A stretch of DNA of 41,703 bases, taken from contig CAYSES010000002.1 of the NCBI GenBank assembly GCA_964430085.1, positions 1-41,703 of the forward strand. Direction: 5' to 3'. The position numbers were made by a program, and so were the translations under genes. Source of the stretch: Candidatus Woesearchaeota archaeon. Its GTDB lineage: Archaea; Nanobdellota; Nanobdellia; Pacearchaeales; GW2011-AR1. The notes below the pieces were generated by a model that did not search any database, had not been told where the DNA came from, and saw nothing but the letters and a program-made list of their open reading frames with translations. Positions 25,790-35,100 of the stretch are shown here, piece after piece; positions within the stretch are counted from its first letter, which is position 1; the number at the start of each line of letters is the position of its first letter.

Positions 25790-27001
25790 TTAATTTTCTG
25801 GGACCAAGGCCAAAAAACTGTAATTTTTCCCTTTAATATTTGAAGCTAATTTCTTTACATCTTTTAATTTTACAGAACTAATATTCTTTGCAAAATCATA
25901 AAATTCTAAAGCATTTCCACTAATTTCATATAAAAGCAAATTAACTAGTTGGGATTGAGAACTTTCCATAGAGATATTATAATTTCCGATTAATTGTTCC
26001 TTAACTTGGTTTAATTCATCTTCAGAAAGGCCCCTAGCAACTTTTTTAAATTCCTCTAAAATTAGTTGTTTAACAAGTTTCACATTTTCTTTTGTTGTTC
26101 CAACATAAATAAGATTATATGCAAAAAATTTATTTATATTAGATTCGCCTTTAACAGAATAAGCTAGATTTCTCTTTTCTCTTATCTCACTAAAAAGCCT
26201 GGAAGACATGCCTCCAGCCATTAATGTCCCCAATACTTCCGCAGCATAACTTTTTTTATTATTAGAAAGAGGAACATGATAAGCAAAAATAAGATTTGCC
26301 TGGTCTATTCCTTTTCTTTTTTCTATAGTTGAATTATTTTTTGTTCCAAAGTTTATTTTAGGAACCTTGCCTTTTAGATTTCCGAAATTTTTCTTGGCGA
26401 ATTCAACAATCTGTTCAAAATTTGCATCTCCCACAACCCCCAGAATCATATTATTTGGTTCATAAATAGTCTTGAATTTTTTTATTATTTTATTTCTGTC
26501 AATTTTTTTCATTGTTTCATAGGTTCCTATTAAATTTTCCCCCAATGTTCCATTATACAGTTCTCTTTGAATGTTGTCAAGAACATAAATTTGAGGATTA
26601 TCTTTTCTCATTTTAATTTCTTCAAAAATAACTTTTCGTTCTTTCTCTAATTCATTCTTATCAAACAAAGGATTTTTGATCATGTCCCCCAAAACTTCCA
26701 GTGCGACATTTAAGTGTTGGCTCGGCATCCTGCACCAATAAGCAGTGATAATTTCATCAGTAAATCCATTAAGTTCTCCTCCCTTTTTCTCAATTTCTTC
26801 GGCAATATCTTTTGCATTTCGTGTTGGAGTTCCCTTGTAAAGCATATGTTCGATAAAATGAGAAATTCCTTTTTCAGGTATACTTTCGTTGATTCCACCG
26901 TTTCTTACAGCAAAAGCCACAGCAACAACTGGAATATTACGTTTTTCAAAGATTATAGTCATCCCATTAGGCAATACTTTCCTATAAAAAATTGGTTTCA
27001 T
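25790..27001 (-). CDS. M16 (pitrilysin-family) zinc peptidase
   Basis: Inverted zinc motif HFIEHMLYKGT (HxxEH). 403 aa. Confidence 0.85.
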   Translation of the reverse strand: MKPIFYRKVLPNGMTIIFEKRNIPVVAVAFAVRNGGINESIPEKGISHFIEHMLYKGTPTRNAKDIAEEIEKKGGELNGFTDEIITAYWCRMPSQHLNVALEVLGDMIKNPLFDKNELEKERKVIFEEIKMRKDNPQIYVLDNIQRELYNGTLGENLIGTYETMKKIDRNKIIKKFKTIYEPNNMILGVVGDANFEQIVEFAKKNFGNLKGKVPKINFGTKNNSTIEKRKGIDQANLIFAYHVPLSNNKKSYAAEVLGTLMAGGMSSRLFSEIREKRNLAYSVKGESNINKFFAYNLIYVGTTKENVKLVKQLILEEFKKVARGLSEDELNQVKEQLIGNYNISMESSQSQLVNLLLYEISGNALEFYDFAKNISSVKLKDVKKLASNIKGKNYSFLALVPEN

Positions 27002-27086
27002 AAACTAAAAAAATTAGTGGCATATATAAAACTATTCCAAATTACATAAAAATAATATTTATAAATCGTGTGAATTGTTCTTAATA

Positions 27087-28211
27087 ATGAAAAAAGTCAG
27101 TATTGTAAAATGTGATGATTATTCTAAAGAAAAAATAGATGATACAGTTAAAAGAGCAATTACTGAGATAAAATTTAAGATAAAGCCAAAATCAAAAGTA
27201 CTCATAAAGCCAAATTTAGTTGCTGCAAACTCCCCAGATCAGCATTCAATAACCCATTATAGTATCATTGATGCGTTATGTAAATATTTTATTGATAAAA
27301 ATTGTGAAGTTGCAATCGGTGAATCAAGCGCCTTCTATCAAAAAGGATATACTCATAAGGCATACAAAACCTCAAAAATTTATAATATCGCTAAAAAATA
27401 CCATCTAAAGTTAATTGCTTTTGAAAATGAAGATGTTGAAAGAATAGACACTAATCTTGATTTTCTCGAAGAAATCTTTTTACCAAAAAAAATAAACGAT
27501 TTTGATATTATTGTAAATGTTCCGAAACTAAAAACCCATATGCTTATGAGATTTTCTGGAGCATTAAAAAATCTTTTTGGAATTGCACCTGGAGGATATA
27601 AACAACTATTGCATCAAAAAACAAAGAACATAAATGACATGGCCGATATCCTTTTAGACTTATACCAGAATCTAAAACCACGAACTCTCAATGTAATGGA
27701 CGCGGTTATAGGATTAGATGGTGGACCTGCCGCAGTTGTTGGCAAACCGAAGAAAGTGGGATATATCTTAGCTTCTGAAGATCCAAATGCATTAGACATT
27801 ATCGCCTGCCAAATCATAGGCTATTCCCCCTTAGACCTTCCAACAATAACAAGGGCTGTAAAAAGAAAAATGATTCGGATTGATGATGTGAAGATTATTG
27901 GAAAATTCAAGCAAGTTAAATTTGAAAAACTTCAAAAGGGAGAAATCAAAGAATTTGAAAAAGACAGTGTTTTAATAAGGGAGACTCATACATGGCCAAC
28001 TATAAAAAACAAATGTAATAATTGCAAGATATGCATAGAATACTGCCCTGCGAAAGCTATATCAGAAAAAAACGGAAAAGCTTTCATTGATAAAAGTAAA
28101 TGTCTTTTTTGTTACACGTGCATTCCAAAATGCCCCCTAAAAGCAATATATCACAAAACAACACTAAAAAATAAATTAATAAGGTTAGTTAGGTTTATTG
28201 CAAGAACATGA
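27087..28211 (+). CDS. DUF362 domain protein with C-terminal 2x[4Fe-4S] ferredoxin domain
   Basis: The ORF-track start at 27075 is TTG; the ATG is at 27087 (MKKVSIVKCDDY). Cys clusters CNNCKICIEYCP and CLFCYTCIPKCP. Confidence 0.75.
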   Translation: MKKVSIVKCDDYSKEKIDDTVKRAITEIKFKIKPKSKVLIKPNLVAANSPDQHSITHYSIIDALCKYFIDKNCEVAIGESSAFYQKGYTHKAYKTSKIYNIAKKYHLKLIAFENEDVERIDTNLDFLEEIFLPKKINDFDIIVNVPKLKTHMLMRFSGALKNLFGIAPGGYKQLLHQKTKNINDMADILLDLYQNLKPRTLNVMDAVIGLDGGPAAVVGKPKKVGYILASEDPNALDIIACQIIGYSPLDLPTITRAVKRKMIRIDDVKIIGKFKQVKFEKLQKGEIKEFEKDSVLIRETHTWPTIKNKCNNCKICIEYCPAKAISEKNGKAFIDKSKCLFCYTCIPKCPLKAIYHKTTLKNKLIRLVRFIART

Positions 28212-28660
28212 AATTTTTAGAGATACTATTTTATTTTTTGTTATTTGGGGCTTTTGGTGTTGCAATGGAAGTTTTTTGGACTTCATTAATTGGGTTTATT
28301 AGAAAGAAAAACCCAGTCTTAAGAGGATACTCTTCATTATGGATGTTTCCGATTTATGGATGTGTGTTCTTTATAATCTTATTAGGACAAACCTTTTTCC
28401 CCTCTTTCAACATATTTATCAGGGGATTAATTTATACAGCATTGATACTTACCTGGGAATATTTCTCAGGTTTTTTCTTAAAAAAAGTTTTTGGCGAAGC
28501 TCCGTGGGATTATTCTAACAAAGAAATAAAAATAGGACATATAAAAAAGAAAACTAATTTTCATGGACTCATTTGTTTGAATTGGGCATGGATATGGTAT
28601 ATAGGGAGCTTAATTGCAGAATGGCTTTATGTTTTCTTAAAAAACCATATAATATTCTGA
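28208..28660 (+). CDS. small polytopic membrane protein (PF06541/CmpB-like pattern)
   Basis: FGAFGVAMEVFWT...LWMFPIYG pattern. ATGA overlap with the upstream gene. Confidence 0.5.
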   Translation: MKFLEILFYFLLFGAFGVAMEVFWTSLIGFIRKKNPVLRGYSSLWMFPIYGCVFFIILLGQTFFPSFNIFIRGLIYTALILTWEYFSGFFLKKVFGEAPWDYSNKEIKIGHIKKKTNFHGLICLNWAWIWYIGSLIAEWLYVFLKNHIIF

Positions 28661-28663
28661 AAT

Positions 28664-29431
28664 TTAATTCTTTTTAAAAACAATATATCTTTCTCCACCT
28701 TTCTCAAAATCATCTAAAACTTTAAAATTATCTTTTATAAAATTAACAATCCAGTTTCGATTTACTCTGAATTTTTGTCGATTGCCCAAGCTTCTAGTTG
28801 CGAAACTGATAACAATTTCGTCTGATATCAAAGCTATCTCTTTAATTAATTCTTTTGAGTAATCTCTTTTTAAAGTTTCAAGTGCATCAATAACCTTAAA
28901 GAGAAATATAATTCGGGGCCTTCTTGTTTTTTGTATTATTTTTTTTATTTTGGCTTTTTCAAAAAGGCTAACATGAATTGCCTTAGCATTCAATTTATTT
29001 TTTTTAAAATAAAAGTTCATAAGCTCAATAAGTTGACCAACAGATTCAACAGCAACATAATTAACATTAACCCCTATTTTCTTAAAAAAACCATAACTAA
29101 ATCCATTAATCCCTGCTCCCAAATCAATAACACTTACTTTTTTATATCTCTCAAAAATTCGCTTATAAATCTGGATATAATACGGCAAACGTTCGCGTGC
29201 CGATATATGCTTCCTTAAAATCCATTCAGGGTCTTTATTTTTCAAAGATAAAAGTTTTTTACTGATAAAAGCACTAAAAATTTCTCTTAATAATTTTTTA
29301 GTTAATTCTATTTTTTCGCTGTCACTTATTTGTTTTTTAGAAAAATGGCTAAATGCCATTTCAATATCCTTTTCAGGAAGTTGTGAAAATTCTCTTTTTT
29401 CTTGAATTTTTTCGAGAAAATTTTTATTCAT
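28664..29431 (-). CDS. SAM-dependent methyltransferase resembling the FmrO/ArmA/Rmt 16S rRNA m7G1405 methyltransferases
   Basis: KHISARERLPYY (compare H-x-S-T-x-ER) before the SAM motif VIDLGAGINGF. Later segments IFLFKVIDALE and IVISFATRSLG parallel ArmA as I remember it. Confidence 0.6.
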   Translation of the reverse strand: MNKNFLEKIQEKREFSQLPEKDIEMAFSHFSKKQISDSEKIELTKKLLREIFSAFISKKLLSLKNKDPEWILRKHISARERLPYYIQIYKRIFERYKKVSVIDLGAGINGFSYGFFKKIGVNVNYVAVESVGQLIELMNFYFKKNKLNAKAIHVSLFEKAKIKKIIQKTRRPRIIFLFKVIDALETLKRDYSKELIKEIALISDEIVISFATRSLGNRQKFRVNRNWIVNFIKDNFKVLDDFEKGGERYIVFKKN

Positions 29432-29464
29432 AAATTTTTTAATCTATTAAAGTTTAAAAGTTAT

Positions 29465-30385
29465 ATGCCTATAAATGCCCACCCGGAATATATTGCTGCA
29501 GAAAGAGAATATGACCTAGCAGAGGATTTAGAAGATAAATTAAAAGCCTTAGAAAAAATGATTTCGCTTGCACCCAAACATAAGGGTGCGGAGAATTTGA
29601 GAGCTCAATTAAAACTTCGTTATAAAAAATTAAAAGAAAAAATAAGCTCTGAAAAAAGATCTAGAAAATCTTCTGCTCGGACAGGAATAAAAAAAGAAGA
29701 TATGCAAGCAGTTATAATTGGAAAGACTAAAATAGGAAAATCTTCACTTATATCTTTATTAACAAACGCCAAACCAGAAACCTCTGATTACGGATTTGCA
29801 ACAAAAAGTCCTGTTGTTGGAATGATGAACTATAATGGAGTCCCTGTACAATTAATAGAAATACCTGCAGTTGAATCAGAGTATTATAATAAAGGGATTG
29901 TTAATAATGCAGATACTATTTTAATTTTAATAACAGATATTGAACAATTAAAACAGATAGAAAAAAAGATTGAAAAGTCTATTGGAAATAGAATAATTAT
30001 TTTTAATAAAATTGATACATTATCTGAAAATGAGAAAAGGAAGATTAGGGCAACATTAAAATCAAAATACAGGAATTATGATTTTGTTTTAATTTCAAGT
30101 AAGACAAATGAAGGGATTAAAGAAATGAAAGAAAAACTTTTTCATAGTTTTGGAAAGATAAGAATCTATACCAAACAGCCTGGAGAACATGAAAAAAGTA
30201 AAAGGCCAATAATTTTGCCTCCTGAAAGTATGGTAAAGGACGTTGCAGAAAAAATACTAAAGGGATTTACAAACAAGATAAAAGAAACAAAAATTTGGGG
30301 ACCTTCAAGCAAGTATCCTGGACAAATTGTAGGACTTAATCACAAAATGAAAGATATGGATACTATTGAATTTAAAACCAAATAA
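29465..30385 (+). CDS. Drg/Rbg-family GTPase with C-terminal TGS domain
   Basis: The ORF-track start is TTG; the ATG is at 29465. G1 GKTKIGKSS, G4 NKID, and TGS-like IRIYTKQPGE...IVGLNHKMKDMDTIEF. G3 reads EIPA instead of DxPG. Confidence 0.8.
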   Translation: MPINAHPEYIAAEREYDLAEDLEDKLKALEKMISLAPKHKGAENLRAQLKLRYKKLKEKISSEKRSRKSSARTGIKKEDMQAVIIGKTKIGKSSLISLLTNAKPETSDYGFATKSPVVGMMNYNGVPVQLIEIPAVESEYYNKGIVNNADTILILITDIEQLKQIEKKIEKSIGNRIIIFNKIDTLSENEKRKIRATLKSKYRNYDFVLISSKTNEGIKEMKEKLFHSFGKIRIYTKQPGEHEKSKRPIILPPESMVKDVAEKILKGFTNKIKETKIWGPSSKYPGQIVGLNHKMKDMDTIEFKTK

Positions 30386-31402
30386 TTAATTATAAGCTGC
30401 TTTTTCAAGTTTTTCCAAAATTTTTCTTTCTTTTTGTATTGGTTTTAATATTTTAATAATCTCCTGAGCAACGGAATTCTTCAAGTCAAGAGGGTGAAGC
30501 TTTTTCGCAACAAAATCTTTTTCAATTTGTTTGTAGGCAGTATATTCTAAATCTCCACCGTATTTTTTGTCTCTCTTAACAATAAACTTTTCCTTTCTGT
30601 CTCCTTTTATAGTCATTATTACATATTTCAAAAAAGCCATAACCCCATTATCAGGATTTCCGGCAACACACTCAGCATCATTGATTTTCTTTTTTATTGT
30701 TTCTTCATCATCAAGCAAATCAACTTTGGATTTTTCATCAGAAGAAGACATTTTCTTTCCAATTAGGCCAGGAATTAAAGGATTCATTATTTCGATTCTT
30801 GAACTGTATCCTATTTTAGGTAAATTCTCTCTTGCTAATACCATTATCTTTCTTTGGTCAGTCCCTCCAAGCTGACAATCAACGCAAAGATATTGTTCGT
30901 CAACAGCTTGCATAATCGGATAAATAATTCCAGAAAGTTTTGGGTTGTCTCCCATTTTAACAACGTCAGATGCAGCCTTAGTTGCATCGTGAATTGAAAC
31001 GTGAGAGGACATCTGTAAAACATCATACATATATTCTGGTTTAAGTTGCATCTCACTTCCCTTAACCAATTCAAGCTCTTTTGTATCTGCTCCAGTTGCA
31101 TTAATCAAAAGGGGGATTATTTTTTCATAGTAATTATATCTTTTTTCAACAACACTCCAAGGTACATTGTCGAGTGCAGCATGTAAATCTGCCAAGAGAA
31201 TTTTAACATGAAATCCCGCTTTTAATAAATCAGCAATCTTAAGGGCAGGAAACAGATAAGCAAGAGAAGGTTTTCCTGTAGTGGCAGTCCCCCAATAAAC
31301 AACAGGCGTTTTCTTTTTTTTCAATAAATCCTTAAGTTCTTTTTCTGTTATTATCTCTTCAGTATTTCTTTTTACTAATTGGAATCGTTCTTCCATATCC
31401 AT
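30386..31402 (-). CDS. tyrS: tyrosyl-tRNA synthetase (archaeal/eukaryal type)
   Basis: [26 protein letters not shown], KMSSS, and HPLDLKNSV at the C-terminus. Confidence 0.92.
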   Translation of the reverse strand: [338 protein letters not shown]

Positions 31403-31650
31403 ATCAATAGGATAAATTAATGCTTATTAAAGCTTTTTGGAATGATTGGCTTTGTAAAATAAGTACTTAATTCAGGCTACTTTTTTAACAGAAATCATTA
31501 AATTAATATTGCTTATCTCAAAAGAATAAACAGGAAGAAGATAATTTATTAATAAAAATAAAATAAAGATATATTCCAATCCCTTTTTAGTTAAATTCTC
31601 TTCGTAATTTATTTAAGATATTTACGGATATTTAATATTTAATTTTATAT

Positions 31651-34600
31651 CTAGAACCATTTTTTTATGCTTTCTTGCTTTTCTAATTCCTTACCAAAAA
31701 TACTGTCAATATTATCTTTTAATATTTGAAGGTTTTGTTTTATATAAGTGGAAAGATTATATTTATTTGCTAAGTCCAATGCAGGCTCTAAATATTTTTT
31801 AATTCCACCCTCATTAATTGTAAAGATTATTTTTCCGCCGCATTTTTGGCATACTCCTGTAAGAGGCGGTCTCCTCATAATTTCATTACAGGCAACACAT
31901 CTAAATCCCTGCATTGAAAATTTTCTTAAGTTACCTTTTAGGTCTCTAAGAAAATGCCTGTCAATAATTAATTTTGCTGTATCAGAAGTATCAACTGCTC
32001 TAAGTTTTTCTACAAGGGCCATTTGATGAGTTACCTTGTCCTGCATTGTTTCTAAAAGTTTATATGAAGAACAAAGAACGCCATCATTAAAGTTAGAAGT
32101 ATCATGGGTATACCCCATCCCGATAAAAGGATTTTTTCCTTCTTTCAAGAAAAGTTTTACATTATTCATCTTTAATTCCGATGAATGTTTTCGTTGTTCA
32201 GCTAATTGATATAATTCAATAGGATACTCATTTACCAATTCAAAATCAAGTATTTGGTCATCTACTTCCCCTGCATCTATTTTTGCATTTAAAACAAGCG
32301 GTGCATCCTGTGTTCCTCCTCTATGCCCAGGAAGGAATTTTCTTGAAAAATTTAATAGAACATCCCCCAATAACATGATAGCAGCTTCATCCCCATCACA
32401 ATCCCTCCTTATCGCGGCATGCATATATGGAGAGGCTAAAAGTCCTAGGGTACTTGAAAACCCAATAAATCTGCAGATTACTCCTGCACAATTATGGGGG
32501 GCCATACAAACCCCCATCTGCCCAACTAAATCTTCTCTTTTTTTAACATTATAAAAAGGTTTAAGTCCATAAAAATTAGTCAAAAGAAAATCAATAAATT
32601 CACAAATTCGAACAAAAACATCATCAGCTCTTTCCTCTGTTGATTCTGGGGAACATGGAAGAATTACATCATGAGGCATTAATTCTATAATCTGATTTTC
32701 ATCGACAACAGCTTTTCCATAAATATCCTTGCAATATCCTAATTCTTTTAATTTTTCTATACTTACAGAAATTTCTTTTGGTTTAAATGAAACAATAGGT
32801 AATTCAGTTGCATCATATCTTATAGTTCCATCTTTATTTACCTGAAGATTATAAATTGACCTTGCCACTCCTTTGAAAAGATTTTCTAAATCATGGTTTT
32901 GAGACGAAGTTCCCCTAACTCCTTTAATTAAAGGAGGAATTTCTAAATTTGAAAGTTTTAATTTTTCAATTGCCTTATCAAAATAATATTTTATATCCAA
33001 ATCAAAAGTATGGTAATCATGAACCTTTTTATGTTCCTTACAAAGATTTAAAGAAAGTTTATCACATTCCGGACAATAAAAAAGTTTTTTACATTTTGTT
33101 CCGCAAGTCTCACAAGCAGTATAAATTGTTTCTTTCTTACAATTATCACAAAAATAAACAGGGAAAGTGCTTCTCACTTTTCTTTCTTCACACGCAGCCT
33201 GCACACTTCTTAATCTTCCTCCTTCCTTACCAACAGGGAAAAGAATATTTGGACTTCCAATCAGCTTTCTTAATTTGGCCTTTTCCGGCCTTCCCATTCT
33301 TGCACCAATAAATTCTCCTGCTTTATCTTTTATTACAAATTCTGATAAAGAATTTATAATTTCTAAAATAGATTTATCAGAATCAAATACAGTTTCATCT
33401 TTAACTAATGAATTTTTTGAGGTTGTTGAGAAATTTAGCCCTAAATTCAAAAGCAAAGATTTGCTATTTACCTCGTTTAAAACAACATTTTCTATTGTAA
33501 CATCATGTTCTATACCTAAAAGTTCCAAAGCTCTTTTCCCTAACTTAAATTTTTCCTGTTCAGATTTATTATACGGAAATATAACCTTTCCCTCAAAACG
33601 GGCATGTTTTAACCAATTTATCAAACCAGAAAATTCTTCACGAGAAATTTGTGTCCAATAAAAAATATAAGTAGGGTGAAGAGGAATATCAAATTTCTTG
33701 CTTATCTCAATTGCTTTTTCAAAGGAAACATCTAGATAATTTATTTCTTTAGCTAATTTTTCATTTTTTTGTTTCAATTCAAGGGCCCACCATTCTTCAA
33801 CATATCCCGGTTTAATTAAAGTAGAATTCCTATTTACTACATCGCTAAAAGGGAAGAGCATATCCCCCAAATAGATTATTTCATCAACATCAGGGTATAG
33901 TTTTTTAGCTTCTTCTTTTGTTTTTAATTTTTTAACACTTCCATTAAATAATTTTACAATAGGCCCATCTATAGAATCACAAGAAGTAACAACACATCCT
34001 TTTGTAGGCTTTTCTATTTTTAATTGAGTTCCAATAGCAATAAAATTATCAGTAATAGCCATTGTTGCAGGATGGACAGAAGTAGCACTGAAACCTGAAA
34101 CTCTGCTTCTCCCATACCTGAATCTAAATGCCCCAGACATAGAGGGGTGCCCAAAAACAGGTCTTCCTGCAACTAAATCCTTAATATAAGTAGGGGAATC
34201 TTCTGTTTTTCCAACTTCACGTTTCTCATGAATTTTAACATAATCATCAAGAAAATCCCATCCTGTAGAATTAAATCCTTTAGATTTAACTTCTTTCAAA
34301 AGACGCAGCCCTTTTTTGGCTTTTTGTGCAAGGCCTTCTGAAAAAATCAAACACATTCCCCCCCTAATAAAATTTGTATCTACCCTTGACAAATTTTTAT
34401 AATTTGAAACCTCTTTTTTTTCAGTAGGATCTCCTGCAATTTGAAAAGGAAGATTCCTTGCAAGGAATTCGGCCTCTTCTTCAGTAGGAAGATATTGTAA
34501 ATTGGTGATATATTCATGATAGTCATAATTTTCTGTGACATATCTTTTAATTTCTTCTTCAGAGGGGTCAAACTTTGCATAACCAAAAAGTTCCCTAAGA

Positions 34601-35100
34601 TAATCAATTAACATCAAAACAACACAGCTAGCAGTTGTTCCAGCACTTCTTATAGGCCCTGAAAAGCTGGCAATAAAATATTCTTTATTATCCCTTGTCC
34701 TACCAATTTTAAGCCCTGTAAATCCTTCAATTGGACTTGAAACAACGCCTAAAGTGGTATATGCAAACCCAATTCTAATTCCCGCATCAATTGCTTCTAA
34801 TAAACTTGCAAATTTACAAAATTTTTGTTTAGCAACTTCTTCAGCGATTCTGAATGAAACTGCCATATTTAACTTTCCAAATTCTTTTTCTAATTCTAAA
34901 ATTCTCTTATCAATCCCTGAACTTTCCATCTGAGGATAGATAGTAGAGATTAATCCAACAACTTTTTCTGCCAAACTTCGTGCAAGAGGAATTTCAACTT
35001 TTTCTACCGGGTCAAGATTCTTTGCTCTTGCTTCATTTGCAATCTTATATATTATTTTAACATCTTTTTCCAAATCAGCAAAATATTTTGGGGTGTTCAT
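31651..35100 (-). CDS. dp2: DNA polymerase D (Pol II) large subunit DP2
   Basis: 1149 aa. The N-terminus, internal Zn clusters (CDNCKKE...CETCG...CPECD) and C-terminal CVACN...CQKCGG are all typical. 4-nt overlap with dp1. Confidence 0.95.
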   Translation of the reverse strand: MNTPKYFADLEKDVKIIYKIANEARAKNLDPVEKVEIPLARSLAEKVVGLISTIYPQMESSGIDKRILELEKEFGKLNMAVSFRIAEEVAKQKFCKFASLLEAIDAGIRIGFAYTTLGVVSSPIEGFTGLKIGRTRDNKEYFIASFSGPIRSAGTTASCVVLMLIDYLRELFGYAKFDPSEEEIKRYVTENYDYHEYITNLQYLPTEEEAEFLARNLPFQIAGDPTEKKEVSNYKNLSRVDTNFIRGGMCLIFSEGLAQKAKKGLRLLKEVKSKGFNSTGWDFLDDYVKIHEKREVGKTEDSPTYIKDLVAGRPVFGHPSMSGAFRFRYGRSRVSGFSATSVHPATMAITDNFIAIGTQLKIEKPTKGCVVTSCDSIDGPIVKLFNGSVKKLKTKEEAKKLYPDVDEIIYLGDMLFPFSDVVNRNSTLIKPGYVEEWWALELKQKNEKLAKEINYLDVSFEKAIEISKKFDIPLHPTYIFYWTQISREEFSGLINWLKHARFEGKVIFPYNKSEQEKFKLGKRALELLGIEHDVTIENVVLNEVNSKSLLLNLGLNFSTTSKNSLVKDETVFDSDKSILEIINSLSEFVIKDKAGEFIGARMGRPEKAKLRKLIGSPNILFPVGKEGGRLRSVQAACEERKVRSTFPVYFCDNCKKETIYTACETCGTKCKKLFYCPECDKLSLNLCKEHKKVHDYHTFDLDIKYYFDKAIEKLKLSNLEIPPLIKGVRGTSSQNHDLENLFKGVARSIYNLQVNKDGTIRYDATELPIVSFKPKEISVSIEKLKELGYCKDIYGKAVVDENQIIELMPHDVILPCSPESTEERADDVFVRICEFIDFLLTNFYGLKPFYNVKKREDLVGQMGVCMAPHNCAGVICRFIGFSSTLGLLASPYMHAAIRRDCDGDEAAIMLLGDVLLNFSRKFLPGHRGGTQDAPLVLNAKIDAGEVDDQILDFELVNEYPIELYQLAEQRKHSSELKMNNVKLFLKEGKNPFIGMGYTHDTSNFNDGVLCSSYKLLETMQDKVTHQMALVEKLRAVDTSDTAKLIIDRHFLRDLKGNLRKFSMQGFRCVACNEIMRRPPLTGVCQKCGGKIIFTINEGGIKKYLEPALDLANKYNLSTYIKQNLQILKDNIDSIFGKELEKQESIKKWF

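Noticed and set aside
31403-31650. 248-nt intergenic region, unusually long for this window, between tyrS and dp2; examined for ncRNA, C/D-box sRNA or a small ORF
   Set aside because: It has no convincing C/D boxes (no RUGAUGA...CUGA pairing) and no stable GC-rich stems by eye. It contains only ORFs of 14 codons or fewer. It probably holds the tyrS promoter plus the dp2 terminator, though a covariance-model scan would be needed to exclude an RNA.
32949-33661. 120-aa and 164-aa plus-strand ORFs inside dp2, with similar antisense ORFs in dp1, orc1, tyrS, the M16 peptidase and hef
   Set aside because: All are fully embedded antisense to confidently identified genes. They are low-complexity with no motifs, and are treated as shadow ORFs.
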